Virus record (IMG/VR): IMGVR_UViG_2920277478_000005
Coordinates: 687-64,686 of that record
Length of the DNA stretch: 64,000 nt
Origin: a virus
Lineage: Duplodnaviria; Caudoviricetes
Strand: one strand, 5' to 3'
Shown: piece after piece, positions 52,974-62,808 of the stretch
Layout: each line of letters opens with the position of its first letter
Position numbering within the stretch: position 1 is the first letter of the stretch
Notes under the pieces: model-generated
Database searches by the model: none
What the model saw: the letters and a program-made list of their open reading frames with translations, nothing else
What the model was told of the DNA's origin: nothing
Program-made: the position numbers and the translations under genes

Positions 52974-55900
52974 TTAGTAGATTACTTTTGAACCATCATC
53001 TGTCTTAATTACTGTCACAGCCTGGCCAAATCTCGCTTTCATGGCATCGTCATGAGTGATTGCCATGATCTTCACATCGGAATACCGATCACGGATCGTC
53101 TCAAGGGCATCTACATAAGCCTGCGCGCCCTCATCATCAAGGAAAGGCGGTTCGTCAATAAATAGCATTCCAAGCTGTATTCCTGCCGCTGTTGCCTTGA
53201 TCTCGGACAGTGCAAGGATAACTGCAAGAGAAGCTTTTACCTTCTCGCCTCCGCTCTTGGAAGCATACGGAAGAGTTGTCTTGCCATATTCGTTAATCAG
53301 AACATCCAGTGTTGCCTTGTCTCCGTCCTTGCCTTTGACGGTACGTTCCATCACGAATTCCACTCCCATCGTTCCACCAGTCATCTGTCCGAGAATATTG
53401 TTCGTAGTATCTGTGATATGAGGAATGATGTTCCTGATAATCTGATGCGGAACTCCGTCCTGTGAAAACGCCTGCTTTAATGCTTCGTAACAGTCCGCTC
53501 TGCCGGCGGCTACAGCAATTCCATTATTCAGCGTGGAGATTTCTCCTCGCATGGTATCGATATTTTCCAGACGTTCAAGGAGTACTCCCTTCTGAATCTG
53601 CAGTTCTCCAAGAGTTTCCTTGTTACTGCGAATCTGCCTGTCTGTTTCTTGCACCATATTGGTCGAAAATGTTTCCTTCATTTTTTCCAACATGGTATCC
53701 ATACCAGTAAGCTGAGAAGAGAGAATGAATTTTCTGTCAGTAAGTTTTTCCATCTCTTTTTCCATGCTCTCAATCCTTTCAAGAACATGCTGCTTTCTTT
53801 CTTCGTAAACAGGAAGTTCTTTTTCCTGTTCTACATAAGTCTGCAGATGAGCCATCTGCTGTTTGATCTGTTCCTGTCTGTCAACTGATTTCGATAGTTT
53901 ATTAACTGTTTCCGTTATCTCAGAAGCCTTTGATTTGACCTGTAGCAGATTCTCCTCGCACTGCCCTATATTTTTATCGTTCGATTCCTTTTCGGCCTCT
54001 AAACGGGCAATTTCGAGTTTGTTCTGCTCCACAGCTTTCTTTATGCGTTCATATTTGGAAAGTTCTGTTACAGATGCGGTCAGAATAGCGAGGCGTTTAG
54101 GATCGTATCCTATTCTTTCAATCTCTTCCTGCTTGTCGGCTATTTTTTTGTCACGCTCAGATGTTAATATCTCAATCTCTTCCTCGCATTTTTTTAGATT
54201 GTCCAGCTCAACCGGAAGGCTTTTGACATCTTCGACTGCTTTCGACAGGAATCTGCAGCTTGCGCTCTCGATATCCGGGCACCCAGAATTCTTCATGAAT
54301 TCTTCCTGCTGTCTTATCTCAGTAATTCTTTTCTGTCGATAATCCCGTCGGTTTTCCGCTCCTGATATCTTCTGCGAATAGGATGAATCAATTTCGTGCA
54401 ATTCGTTTTGAGCCGTAGAATACAGGTATCTTTTTTCCTGCTGGTGCTCGATTTCTTCCCTTTGCTTTGCCAGTGTGTCAAGGCTTTCTTCCAGATCGTC
54501 TGGAATCTTAAATGTCAACTGCGAAATCTGATTGCGTATCTGGTCGTTTCGGAACTTGCTCTTATCAATAAGTCTCTGGTAACGGTCAGCCTCTTCGGTG
54601 TAACCGTTCAATGTCTCTTTGGCATTTTTGTATTTAATAACGTCCTTTTCTACGCCAGAAAGCTGCAAAGATAATTCTGAATGCTGTTTTGCTTTTTCCC
54701 GTATCACATCCGCCATTTCCAAAAGGTTATTGCACGCTGTCAGCGTCTGCTTTGAATATTCCAGGTCATGTTCCATGGCACTGCATTCCTCGGAGCATTC
54801 TTTTAATTCACTTCTCGCTTTTTCGCTTTCTTTCTCTGCCTCAGATATTTTTTCCTGACGTTCGAGCAGTTTTCTTCTGGATTCATCCAGATTTTCAAGT
54901 TCTTCCTGCTTTTTATGAATATCTTTTTCTACTGTCTCCAGTTCTTCCTCTGGATTTCCCTGAGCCTTAATGAAGTCAGTCTTGATCCGAACGGCTTCTT
55001 TTTTAGAAGCAAGCTCCTTTCTTGCATCCGCAAGCTTCTTTCTGGCATCCAGTTCCATTACTCCATAGATTCCAAGCCCGAGCAGATTTCCAAGGATAGC
55101 AATACGTTCATCTTTCTTCGCCTGCAAGAATAATCCATACTGGTCCTGCATGATCAATGCGCAGCTGCGAAATGTCATGCTATCCATACCAAGAAGCTTC
55201 TCGATTTCATCCTGTGTGTCAATGATTCTTTCCTTGGACAGATTCATCCAGTCAGCACTTTCTTCCTGATACTGTGACAAGTTCAGTGTTGGTTTTCCGG
55301 ATTTTGTTCTGGTGCGGACTACCCGGAATCGTTTCTCTCCGATGTCGAAAATAAATTCTATGGAACCGCTTCTTGCATCCTCTGTACCTCGGATCCACGC
55401 CTTACAGTCTCCCTCACGGGTTTCTTCAAACAGACAATCCACAATAGCATCCATGAAAAGGCTGCTCTTTCCTGCACCGTTTACTCCATTGATCGTGCAG
55501 AATGAAATGTCTGAAAAATCAAAGTTTTCTTCCTTGTAGTTTCTGTAATTTCTGACAGAAATAGATACCGGCTTAAACACACCGTGAATCTCTGCGGTGG
55601 TACTCTGTTTCATGGCTTCTGCTATGATTGGCTCGGCAAGCTCCACGATTTTGTCTGGATTCTTAAATGTCTTTTCCTCCAACCATTTTTTCAGATTCAA
55701 CCTTGGGTCGCTTTCCTCCGAGAGAAGCCCGCGGTTCGTGATGTCAATAGTGCTTTCTGCTTCAATATCTGCCACATAGAATGCACCAAGCTCATACAGG
55801 TTCTTTTGCAGTAGTGGAATGTTGAGCGCCTTTTTCTGCTCAGATGTGCAGGAATACCGCACCCGGACTATCTTATCCGTCACATCTTCTGAAATGCCTG

Positions 55901-56804
55901 TTCTGTGAAGATACATAGCCCCTTCACGGATATAGTCGCCAACTTCATCAGGATCCCAGGTGATAGTGTGGAACTGTCTGTATGGAGTAGTGTATCTATG
56001 TCCTTTTACCAGAGTGCCTTTCTCATTAAATTCATGAATCCAGAATCCACGATCCTGTCCTTCATCATTAAAATTCATTGCATTGATCGCTCCGGAATAG
56101 AATACATTGTCAAATCCTTCAATGATTTGCGGGCGATGGATATGGCCAAGAAGCACCGCCTCATATCTTGCGGCCATTAAAGCTTCTCTTGGAATGACCG
56201 GCTCAAAGTTTGTGAAGAAGGAGGTCTGTCCTGATTCCATGTTGCAACCAGGAACCGTATAATGTGCCATGAGAATCGGTGTCTTTTCACACTCTGCTCT
56301 CAATGCAAAAACCATATCTGAAATATATTTCGTCCATGCAAGATTTTCTTCGTCTGCAGATAAACCAGGGAATTTTGCTCTGAACTCCTGTTTGTCAAAT
56401 CCTGGCAGGCAGGCAATGTCTGCCCATGGAGTCTTTATTACTCCTGGTTCTGTAACAACATCTACATTTCTAATATTAAGCAGCATCCGTTCAAGAACTC
56501 TAAACTGAGCAGCTCCATCGTGATTTGGAGTGCCTCGCATCACGATCACATACTTCGAAAAATGTGCTAATGATGTAATGATGTTCGTTGCCGTAATCAT
56601 TTCGTCTGAATACCTCACGGGGCCAACCTGTTCCTGATGAAAGATATCTCCTGATACACAAACGATATCCGGTTTCTCTTCTATAGCTACCTGTACCATA
56701 TATTCCAAACATTTTACTGTATCCTGCGAACGGAGATTTACTCCGTCCACTACAGGTCCTTTAAACTGTCCAATATGCCAGTCAGCAGTATGAAGTATTT
56801 TCAT
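52974..56804 (-). CDS. Fused SbcD(Mre11)-SbcC(Rad50) nuclease-ATPase
   Basis: HTADWHIG, GDIFH, GTPNHD, GHIH phosphoesterase motifs; GVNGAGKSS, KSGGE, LFIDEP ABC-ATPase motifs; one open frame. Confidence 0.92.
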   Translation of the reverse strand: MKILHTADWHIGQFKGPVVDGVNLRSQDTVKCLEYMVQVAIEEKPDIVCVSGDIFHQEQVGPVRYSDEMITATNIITSLAHFSKYVIVMRGTPNHDGAAQFRVLERMLLNIRNVDVVTEPGVIKTPWADIACLPGFDKQEFRAKFPGLSADEENLAWTKYISDMVFALRAECEKTPILMAHYTVPGCNMESGQTSFFTNFEPVIPREALMAARYEAVLLGHIHRPQIIEGFDNVFYSGAINAMNFNDEGQDRGFWIHEFNEKGTLVKGHRYTTPYRQFHTITWDPDEVGDYIREGAMYLHRTGISEDVTDKIVRVRYSCTSEQKKALNIPLLQKNLYELGAFYVADIEAESTIDITNRGLLSEESDPRLNLKKWLEEKTFKNPDKIVELAEPIIAEAMKQSTTAEIHGVFKPVSISVRNYRNYKEENFDFSDISFCTINGVNGAGKSSLFMDAIVDCLFEETREGDCKAWIRGTEDARSGSIEFIFDIGEKRFRVVRTRTKSGKPTLNLSQYQEESADWMNLSKERIIDTQDEIEKLLGMDSMTFRSCALIMQDQYGLFLQAKKDERIAILGNLLGLGIYGVMELDARKKLADARKELASKKEAVRIKTDFIKAQGNPEEELETVEKDIHKKQEELENLDESRRKLLERQEKISEAEKESEKARSELKECSEECSAMEHDLEYSKQTLTACNNLLEMADVIREKAKQHSELSLQLSGVEKDVIKYKNAKETLNGYTEEADRYQRLIDKSKFRNDQIRNQISQLTFKIPDDLEESLDTLAKQREEIEHQQEKRYLYSTAQNELHEIDSSYSQKISGAENRRDYRQKRITEIRQQEEFMKNSGCPDIESASCRFLSKAVEDVKSLPVELDNLKKCEEEIEILTSERDKKIADKQEEIERIGYDPKRLAILTASVTELSKYERIKKAVEQNKLEIARLEAEKESNDKNIGQCEENLLQVKSKASEITETVNKLSKSVDRQEQIKQQMAHLQTYVEQEKELPVYEERKQHVLERIESMEKEMEKLTDRKFILSSQLTGMDTMLEKMKETFSTNMVQETDRQIRSNKETLGELQIQKGVLLERLENIDTMRGEISTLNNGIAVAAGRADCYEALKQAFSQDGVPHQIIRNIIPHITDTTNNILGQMTGGTMGVEFVMERTVKGKDGDKATLDVLINEYGKTTLPYASKSGGEKVKASLAVILALSEIKATAAGIQLGMLFIDEPPFLDDEGAQAYVDALETIRDRYSDVKIMAITHDDAMKARFGQAVTVIKTDDGSKVIY

Positions 56805-57244
56805 TTGCTCATCTCCTTTACTGTTGCCTTCATTGCTGTGATCATGTTCTTTAATTCCGTTTCTAAAAGTAAAAAGTTCTCCTCGCTAATTCCGCAGAAT
56901 TCAACGCCATCATCTCCCATCTTTTCTCCGATAAAGAGAATATTTCCAACAATGGGGCATCCATGTTTATCAAACTCGTAAAGATAACTTCCGATCAGAT
57001 TTGCTTTGTTCGGCTTCAGTCTTCCCTCTTCATCGATCAGCATACTCACACACTTCCCTGGTTCTTTAACAGGGCTGGATGGCATTTTCAGTTCTGTGTA
57101 TAATCTCTTTGGCATTACATGTTCTACAAGGTCACAGCCGTTTCCGATAAGTTCACACAGAGCTTTGTTATGTTCCCGGATGGTACCGGATGGAAATTCA
57201 TGTACTGACATTTCCAATTCTGTTGATACCTTTATTATTTTCAT
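56801..57244 (-). CDS. DUF3846-like protein
   Basis: MLIDEEGRLK...NLIGSYLY...IVGNILF. Confidence 0.7.
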   Translation of the reverse strand: MKIIKVSTELEMSVHEFPSGTIREHNKALCELIGNGCDLVEHVMPKRLYTELKMPSSPVKEPGKCVSMLIDEEGRLKPNKANLIGSYLYEFDKHGCPIVGNILFIGEKMGDDGVEFCGISEENFLLLETELKNMITAMKATVKEMSK

Positions 57245-58362
57245 CTGCGCCCGCCTCCTCTCTGGCATTTAATGCAAAGTGGCTCTCCGAATTTATTGAT
57301 TGAATATTCGTAAACCCTTTCATTTATGACCTCACCGCATCTGGAACACTGGAAATCTGCCGATCTATCCGGCTCTGGTTCTGGCTCCGGTTCGGGAGCA
57401 ATATCCGGCTCCTGCATTGGTGGATAATCATCTTCGTTTTCTGTATCCGAAGCATATGCTGGATTATTCAGATCATCCTGAGTAAATACTGTGCTTTCAG
57501 ATTCGAAATCCACGCTCTTAACTGCTATCTGTGGTGTACCAAACATATTGTTCACGGAGTTCATGCCTTGTGTCAGCATTGCCTGCCTGACCTGTGGATC
57601 CGAGAAATCAGGTGAAAAGATAACTGTTGGGATAGCGAAATTTTTCAGCAGTTCCGCCTTTGTGTATGTACCTTTTACGCCAAGCAGAGCTCTTATAACA
57701 CGAAGCTTCGCACCAGTCATAGCCTTTTCGGCCCAGGTCTTTTTCAGCAGTGCCATGTTGACCATGACGGAGCGTTCAACGTATCTGTCTCTATCTTCTT
57801 TCGCAACCACAAAGGCCTGGCATTTCTTCCCCCATTTATTCTTGGATTCCACCCATTGTCCAGAAAAAATTTCCGCAGCTGCCTGTGCCTGTTTTTCATC
57901 AGTTATGCCTTTTGCAGCTTTATCCGCAAACTCAATGCGATACTTCTCTTCTTCGTCCTCAAGACAGATCACCTTCTGATCGGTTTCTGTTCTGGCCGTT
58001 CCGTCAGCCTTGCGCATAGCGCCCTGAGCCTGTGCACGGTATGTAACGCGGTCAATGCGTTCGCCATAGGTTTCCTTGGGATTGAACTGGATACCGGCCG
58101 CCATAGCCATTTTGTTGAGCAATGGCTTAGATAAGGAAAACACATCTTCCCAGATATCCTTTCCTCTCTCATCCTTCTTCCCAGTCTTAACTGAACCAAC
58201 CTTGAAAATGTCTCCGCTGTTCTCACCCAGATCGACTGGAACCTCTTCTACATGGAATTTGTAGAATGGATTGAGCTGCACGTCCGTTGCTGTAGGAACC
58301 AGCAGATTGTAATTTTTGTATGCCGTAATAACTTCCGGCAAGCTTCCTAAAACCTCTTTCAT
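57241..58362 (-). CDS. Putative recombination protein with C-terminal zinc finger
   Basis: SLSKPLLNKMA...EKAMTGAKLRVIRALLG...CSRC...LCIKCQ; precedes SbcCD. Confidence 0.5.
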   Translation of the reverse strand: MKEVLGSLPEVITAYKNYNLLVPTATDVQLNPFYKFHVEEVPVDLGENSGDIFKVGSVKTGKKDERGKDIWEDVFSLSKPLLNKMAMAAGIQFNPKETYGERIDRVTYRAQAQGAMRKADGTARTETDQKVICLEDEEEKYRIEFADKAAKGITDEKQAQAAAEIFSGQWVESKNKWGKKCQAFVVAKEDRDRYVERSVMVNMALLKKTWAEKAMTGAKLRVIRALLGVKGTYTKAELLKNFAIPTVIFSPDFSDPQVRQAMLTQGMNSVNNMFGTPQIAVKSVDFESESTVFTQDDLNNPAYASDTENEDDYPPMQEPDIAPEPEPEPEPDRSADFQCSRCGEVINERVYEYSINKFGEPLCIKCQRGGGRR

Positions 58363-58511
58363 CTACTTGATAACCTCCTATTTTTGTGATAAAATGACGA
58401 TGACTTTAAAAACAAAGGGTCGATAACCTGTTTTTAAAAGTTCTGACTGGTCTTGGATAGGATCGTGGGTGCCGTCTACACTCCGCTTTCCCCTTATTAT
58501 CCAAGACCTTT

Positions 58512-58868
58512 TTAATGTTCATCACCTCCTATAAACCAATTCAGAAACCCAAACAGTGCGATGCCGAATATTCCAACAAAAACTATTTCTGAGCCAATTT
58601 CATGGCTTCCTCTTTCGAGATAAAGCTTATTTGAAAGCATATTGTAAAGAATCGTGCTTGCCAGGACTGGAAGTGCATACTTCAAAGCTCTTGCAATAAA
58701 AAGGATTCTCTTTCTCACTTTCTCTTTCTTTTTGTGGATGTAGTATTTCTCATATTCTGCCTCATTGAATTCTCGCACCACGGACAGATATACCCTTGTT
58801 TTGGAATCTTCTGTGATATACTTATATTCCATGTCTTTGCACATATCTGGCACCTTGCATACATTCAT
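58512..58868 (-). CDS. Two-TM membrane protein
   Basis: Two C-terminal hydrophobic helices. Confidence 0.6.
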   Translation of the reverse strand: MNVCKVPDMCKDMEYKYITEDSKTRVYLSVVREFNEAEYEKYYIHKKKEKVRKRILFIARALKYALPVLASTILYNMLSNKLYLERGSHEIGSEIVFVGIFGIALFGFLNWFIGGDEH

Positions 58869-59032
58869 TTCCTTGCCTCCTTGTCAATGAGAATCAATTC
58901 CTTTGCGATAACGCTCTGCAATGCCATTCTGTCCATTTCGTGCCAGCTGATCGGCACCGGGCTGTTGTCCATTGCATTCAGGATCCGCTCTGCGGCCTGA
59001 TGATATTTTTCAAGATCTTTTGCTGTCAGCAT
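58865..59032 (-). CDS. 55-aa hypothetical protein (below ORF-track cutoff)
   Basis: AGGAGG RBS; MLTAKDLEKYHQAAERIL...; ATGA overlap. Confidence 0.6.
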   Translation of the reverse strand: MLTAKDLEKYHQAAERILNAMDNSPVPISWHEMDRMALQSVIAKELILIDKEARK

Positions 59033-59041
59033 CTTTCCCTC

Positions 59042-59212
59042 CTATACTGCCAGGCGAAGCTGGCCATTTTTTTCTTCTTTCATCATTTTTTCAACAAATG
59101 CAGTTGCTTTTTCTTTTCTTTCCATTTCGATCAGACATTCTTCATGGCAACTGCACTGTTCTCCCGGATCCAGATACGCTCCGCAATCCGGACAGATTCT
59201 GTAAAAAGCCAT
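59042..59212 (-). CDS. Small zinc-ribbon protein
   Basis: MAFYRICPDCGAYLDPGEQCSC. Confidence 0.7.
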   Translation of the reverse strand: MAFYRICPDCGAYLDPGEQCSCHEECLIEMERKEKATAFVEKMMKEEKNGQLRLAV

Positions 59213-59226
59213 CGTATCCACCCCTT

Positions 59227-59478
59227 TCATTCAATCATATATAATTTGTTAAATGCCTTTTTGGGGATTTTCCCTGACGGATACCCCTTGGCAAGCTGTC
59301 CATCGGCTATCAGGTCCGATCTAAGGGAACGTATCATGCGATATGCCGTATCCCTGCTCACACCCATCATTTCTCTGACCTCAGCGGCTGTATAGTAAGA
59401 ACGTTCCGCAGATGTAAGTTTTTTGATTACACCGTTTGCATTTTCCATACCAAGCACCTCATTCCAGATTTCTCTCAA
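59227..59478 (-). CDS. Putative excisionase / HTH protein
   Basis: YYTAAEVREMMGVSRDTAYRMIR...GKIPKK. Confidence 0.7.
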   Translation of the reverse strand: MREIWNEVLGMENANGVIKKLTSAERSYYTAAEVREMMGVSRDTAYRMIRSLRSDLIADGQLAKGYPSGKIPKKAFNKLYMIE

Positions 59479-59935
59479 TCCAATTTTTCAGATTCTGCGT
59501 GATCTCATTTACTTCGTCTAATGTCTGAATGATTTTTTTCAGTTCCGGTTTTTCCTCTTCTGAGATAATTCCGTCTGCCGTAATATCAAGAAGTGATTCC
59601 TTTGCCTCGTTTATCTTCTTTAAAGAAGAAAGCATTCTCAGGCTGATTCTATCCAGTCCTGCATTCTCGATCTTCGGCATGTTCTTTCCAAGCGGGCACA
59701 TCTCCCGGCAATAATTTCCTTTCAATTCCGGTGCCTTATAGCAGTCAGCCATCAAAAGGACCTCTTCCTGATATGGTATTGTGCTCCCAAGTTCGATTCT
59801 GGCTAACCTTGTACGGTCGATTCCTATTTCTTCCGCAGCACCTTCTCTGCTGCTCAGACGTTCATTTGACTTTGCCGCCTCATATCGTGCCTGGCAAAAC
59901 ATATTAGCCGCTGCTTTCGTAGCAAATTTCGACAT
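59459..59935 (-). CDS. XRE HTH regulator (CII-like)
   Basis: SREGAAEEIGIDRTRLARIELG. Confidence 0.75.
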   Translation of the reverse strand: MSKFATKAAANMFCQARYEAAKSNERLSSREGAAEEIGIDRTRLARIELGSTIPYQEEVLLMADCYKAPELKGNYCREMCPLGKNMPKIENAGLDRISLRMLSSLKKINEAKESLLDITADGIISEEEKPELKKIIQTLDEVNEITQNLKNWIERNLE

Positions 59936-59976
59936 TTTTCTCTCCTTCTATAAGCTGTATAATCAAGTTATGATAA

Positions 59977-60177
59977 TTAAATTGTGTACTCTGTATCGAT
60001 ATCCAGAGCCTTGCTGATTTTTTCAGCAAGTGCAGGTGCATACATTCTTCCATTTATGGTGGTTGTCACATAGTTCCTGCACATCCCAACTTCACCGCAT
60101 AATTCCGTGACAGACATATCTCTGTCAATTAGGGTTTTCTTTACTTCTTTGCACCATGGAGACAGTTTTCGCTTCAA
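59977..60177 (-). CDS. Cro-like repressor
   Basis: Short XRE HTH; first gene of the leftward operon. Confidence 0.75.
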   Translation of the reverse strand: MKRKLSPWCKEVKKTLIDRDMSVTELCGEVGMCRNYVTTTINGRMYAPALAEKISKALDIDTEYTI

Positions 60178-60266
60178 AATATCACCTCCGTTTTCAACAA
60201 ATGTTTATTACATTTGTTGTTTACATTTGTTTGCGATTGCATTAAAATAATCAGAAAGGAGTTATC

Positions 60267-60473
60267 ATGGATAATTGGATTGATAATCTCAGAAGAATTG
60301 GACTTAAACGTTATGGTGACGAAAACCGCCGGATTCTTTCTGAATTATTAAGAAACGGTATTCCTGCCGGAAACACTGTTATGTCGGAAGCATCTGCTGA
60401 GGCTCTTATCATTGCTGTGGCGGCCATGATTGAAGAAAACAATAAAGCATTGCTCTCCGATTTATCGATGTAA
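60267..60473 (+). CDS. Small hypothetical protein inside genetic switch
   Basis: GAAAGGAG RBS before ATG. Confidence 0.55.
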   Translation: MDNWIDNLRRIGLKRYGDENRRILSELLRNGIPAGNTVMSEASAEALIIAVAAMIEENNKALLSDLSM

Positions 60474-60516
60474 CTCTCTCTTTTTTTGCATTAAACATTT
60501 GTTTATTACATTTTTA

Positions 60517-60670
60517 ATAATAATTGGATATTTCCAATTTGTCAATACTTTTATTTGGATATTTCCAATTTTTATTGAAAGGTAGGTTTCATGTTAGATA
60601 GAATCCTTGCATTATTAAAAGAAAACGGAATTACGGCCAAAAAGCTCACTTCTGATTTGGAAATTTCCAA
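60517..60670. promoter_or_regulatory. Leftward promoter and three palindromic operators
   Basis: TTGACA-N17-TATTAT on minus (60545-60517); TTGGA-N4-TCCAA at 60524, 60555, 60657. Confidence 0.7.
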
Positions 60671-60938
60671 TTCTTCTGTCTCGGATTGGAAAAAAGGAAG
60701 TAAGCCTTCTTGTGATGTCGTTGTTAAGCTAGCAAAATATTTCGGCGTATCAACTGACTATATATTGCTTGGTGAAAAATCCATTTCTATATCCCAAGAG
60801 GATCAAGATATTTTAAAACTATTTCACCAACTTCCGCATGATGCGCAGTTGGAATTTCGAGGTGAATTGAAGGGGTACATAAAATGTTTAAAGCGACAGG
60901 AAGAAGATACTGTCGAACCTCTTAAGAAAGCAAAATAA
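60591..60938 (+). CDS. CI-like repressor
   Basis: XRE HTH ...SVSDWKKGSKP...LAKYFGVSTDYILLG; divergent from cro. Confidence 0.85.
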   Translation: MLDRILALLKENGITAKKLTSDLEISNSSVSDWKKGSKPSCDVVVKLAKYFGVSTDYILLGEKSISISQEDQDILKLFHQLPHDAQLEFRGELKGYIKCLKRQEEDTVEPLKKAK

Positions 60939-60980
60939 TAAGCTTCGAGTGGTACCGGAGCAGGAAGGGGAAATAAACAT

Positions 60981-61994
60981 ATGAGAAGAAAAACAGTTGC
61001 TATCATTTTGGCAAGTAGTCTTATTTCAAATATTTTTATTTCAAACAATCTTTTTGTATACGCTGCTTCTGAAACTGCATCTACTATTGCAGACAATGAA
61101 GCCATAAGAATAGATGCCGAATCTCCTGTTTCTCTAATTTGTGATACTGAAGAATACACAGTAAATGTACAACGTATTTTTTACGAAAGAGGGAATTACG
61201 CAATAGAGTTTATGATTCAAAATCATTCAGATCATGATTTTAACTTTGGCTTAGACGGTTCAGACATAGATGGTTTTCAAATTACCATATATTCTGGGGG
61301 CACTTGTATAGCTGCGGGGAAAAAAGGAGTTGCTAAATTTCATTTCAGAGAACAAGATTTAACAGATTATGGAATAAACGATTTTCAAGTATTAAATACA
61401 ACTTTTTCAGAATTTCCATTTGGCACGGGTGCTTCGTATCCATTGCAAATTCAAAAAGACGCTTTTTCTCAAGCGCCAGATCAGATCCAGGGAGCTGAAA
61501 ACACAGAACTATTGAAAACAATGGAAGAATTAAAGAAACAAATTGAGGAGTTGAAAGCAGAAAATGCTTCGTTAAAAGAGCAGCTTTCCAGTAGTTCAGC
61601 TACTTCTGATTCAGACACTCCGTCTTCAGATTCTGTTTCGACTACAGACAACGAAAACGATCAGCGATTGTTAAATGCTATTATAATGTGTGCTGATGTA
61701 ACAAACGGAAATGGTACTGATGTAATTGGGCAGCGTGCATATATTGTTATACCTAAAGAAGTCTTGTCGCAGATTTCAGAAAACGGATACGCAACTTTTC
61801 TCGAGAACAAAATAAAAAATAGTGGATATAACTGGTTTTCTATAATATGTGATGACGGAACTGGAATAGTATTTTCCAATTCTTTCACCGGTCTTGGAAC
61901 ATATGGTGAATTAGATGATGAAGGGTGTGTGACAACTCCATTAGGTTATATATCGGCTTCCGAAAGCGGATACGAGTATGAACCGGCAAACTAA
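60981..61994 (+). CDS. Secreted/surface protein in lysogeny operon
   Basis: Signal-peptide-like N-terminus, coiled coil, Ser/Asp linker. Confidence 0.6.
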   Translation: MRRKTVAIILASSLISNIFISNNLFVYAASETASTIADNEAIRIDAESPVSLICDTEEYTVNVQRIFYERGNYAIEFMIQNHSDHDFNFGLDGSDIDGFQITIYSGGTCIAAGKKGVAKFHFREQDLTDYGINDFQVLNTTFSEFPFGTGASYPLQIQKDAFSQAPDQIQGAENTELLKTMEELKKQIEELKAENASLKEQLSSSSATSDSDTPSSDSVSTTDNENDQRLLNAIIMCADVTNGNGTDVIGQRAYIVIPKEVLSQISENGYATFLENKIKNSGYNWFSIICDDGTGIVFSNSFTGLGTYGELDDEGCVTTPLGYISASESGYEYEPAN

Positions 61995-62007
61995 TCAAGG
62001 AGATTTT

Positions 62008-62562
62008 ATGACAATTGGTGAACGAATAAAAGAATTGCGGACTGAGGCTAATCTGCGTCAGTCCGAACTTGGAAAAGCAATAGGTTTTTCTGGCCAAGTA
62101 GTATCGAATGTCGAAAGAGGTTACTCTTTCCCGTCAACAGAATTTGTTAATCGCAGTGCTGCATGCTTCGGTGTGCCAGCAGATTACATTCTTGGCCGGA
62201 CTACTTCAAGATATGCTGTTGCGGATCCGAAAGAAGTTTCCGCAGTGCAGGCAAGAACAAAAGCCCGTTTGGCTCAGTTGCAGATGAGCCTTCCGGACCT
62301 GATCAAAAAATCAACGCTGACAGAGGAAACCTGCTGTGACATTCTGGACGGAAAGACTGTTCCTGGAATAGATGCCACTGCAAGCCTATCAAAAGCCCTC
62401 GACACCTCTATGGATTACCTTGTGGGTAATTCTGAATACAGCTGTGCCATTGCTTCAGAAGACGAACAGGATATCATCCTGCGGTACCGTCAGTTATCCA
62501 AGAAGGGAAAACGTATCTTTTTGGGAATGATGGAGAAGATGGAAGAAGAAAAAACAGAATAG
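62008..62562 (+). CDS. Tandem double XRE-HTH regulator
   Basis: Two HTH units ending ADYILGR and MDYLVGN. Confidence 0.8.
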   Translation: MTIGERIKELRTEANLRQSELGKAIGFSGQVVSNVERGYSFPSTEFVNRSAACFGVPADYILGRTTSRYAVADPKEVSAVQARTKARLAQLQMSLPDLIKKSTLTEETCCDILDGKTVPGIDATASLSKALDTSMDYLVGNSEYSCAIASEDEQDIILRYRQLSKKGKRIFLGMMEKMEEEKTE

Positions 62563-62634
62563 TATATTTAACTGGGGAACCGTTGGGGTGTTATGTCAGC
62601 CGCCGGACACTTTGGTGAAAGGAGGCTGGTGCTG

Positions 62635-62721
62635 ATGGTTACATATGGTGATTTATTTACTTTTGTAATTATGCTTTGTGCAGTTGTAACTCTTGTTATC
62701 AATTTAATGCATAAAAAATAG
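62635..62721 (+). CDS. Putative holin-like type I toxin (28 aa)
   Basis: MVTYGDLFTFVIMLCAVVTLVINLMHKK; GAAAGGAGG RBS. Confidence 0.8.
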   Translation: MVTYGDLFTFVIMLCAVVTLVINLMHKK

Positions 62722-62755
62722 CGCCCTCGTCCTGGTAAGATAAGGCGCTATTTTT
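62714..62755. terminator. Bidirectional terminator of toxin locus
   Basis: AAAAATAGCGCC-N18-GGCGCTATTTTT. Confidence 0.75.
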
Positions 62756-62808
62756 AGCTATTGTTTTATCCGGCGGTCAGGTGTACGCTGACCAACGGCT
62801 CTCTTGTT
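62714..62808 (-). ncRNA. Putative antisense antitoxin RNA
   Basis: Perfect TTGACA-N17-TATAAT on minus strand (62843-62815) pointing into the terminator; no ORF. Confidence 0.6.
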
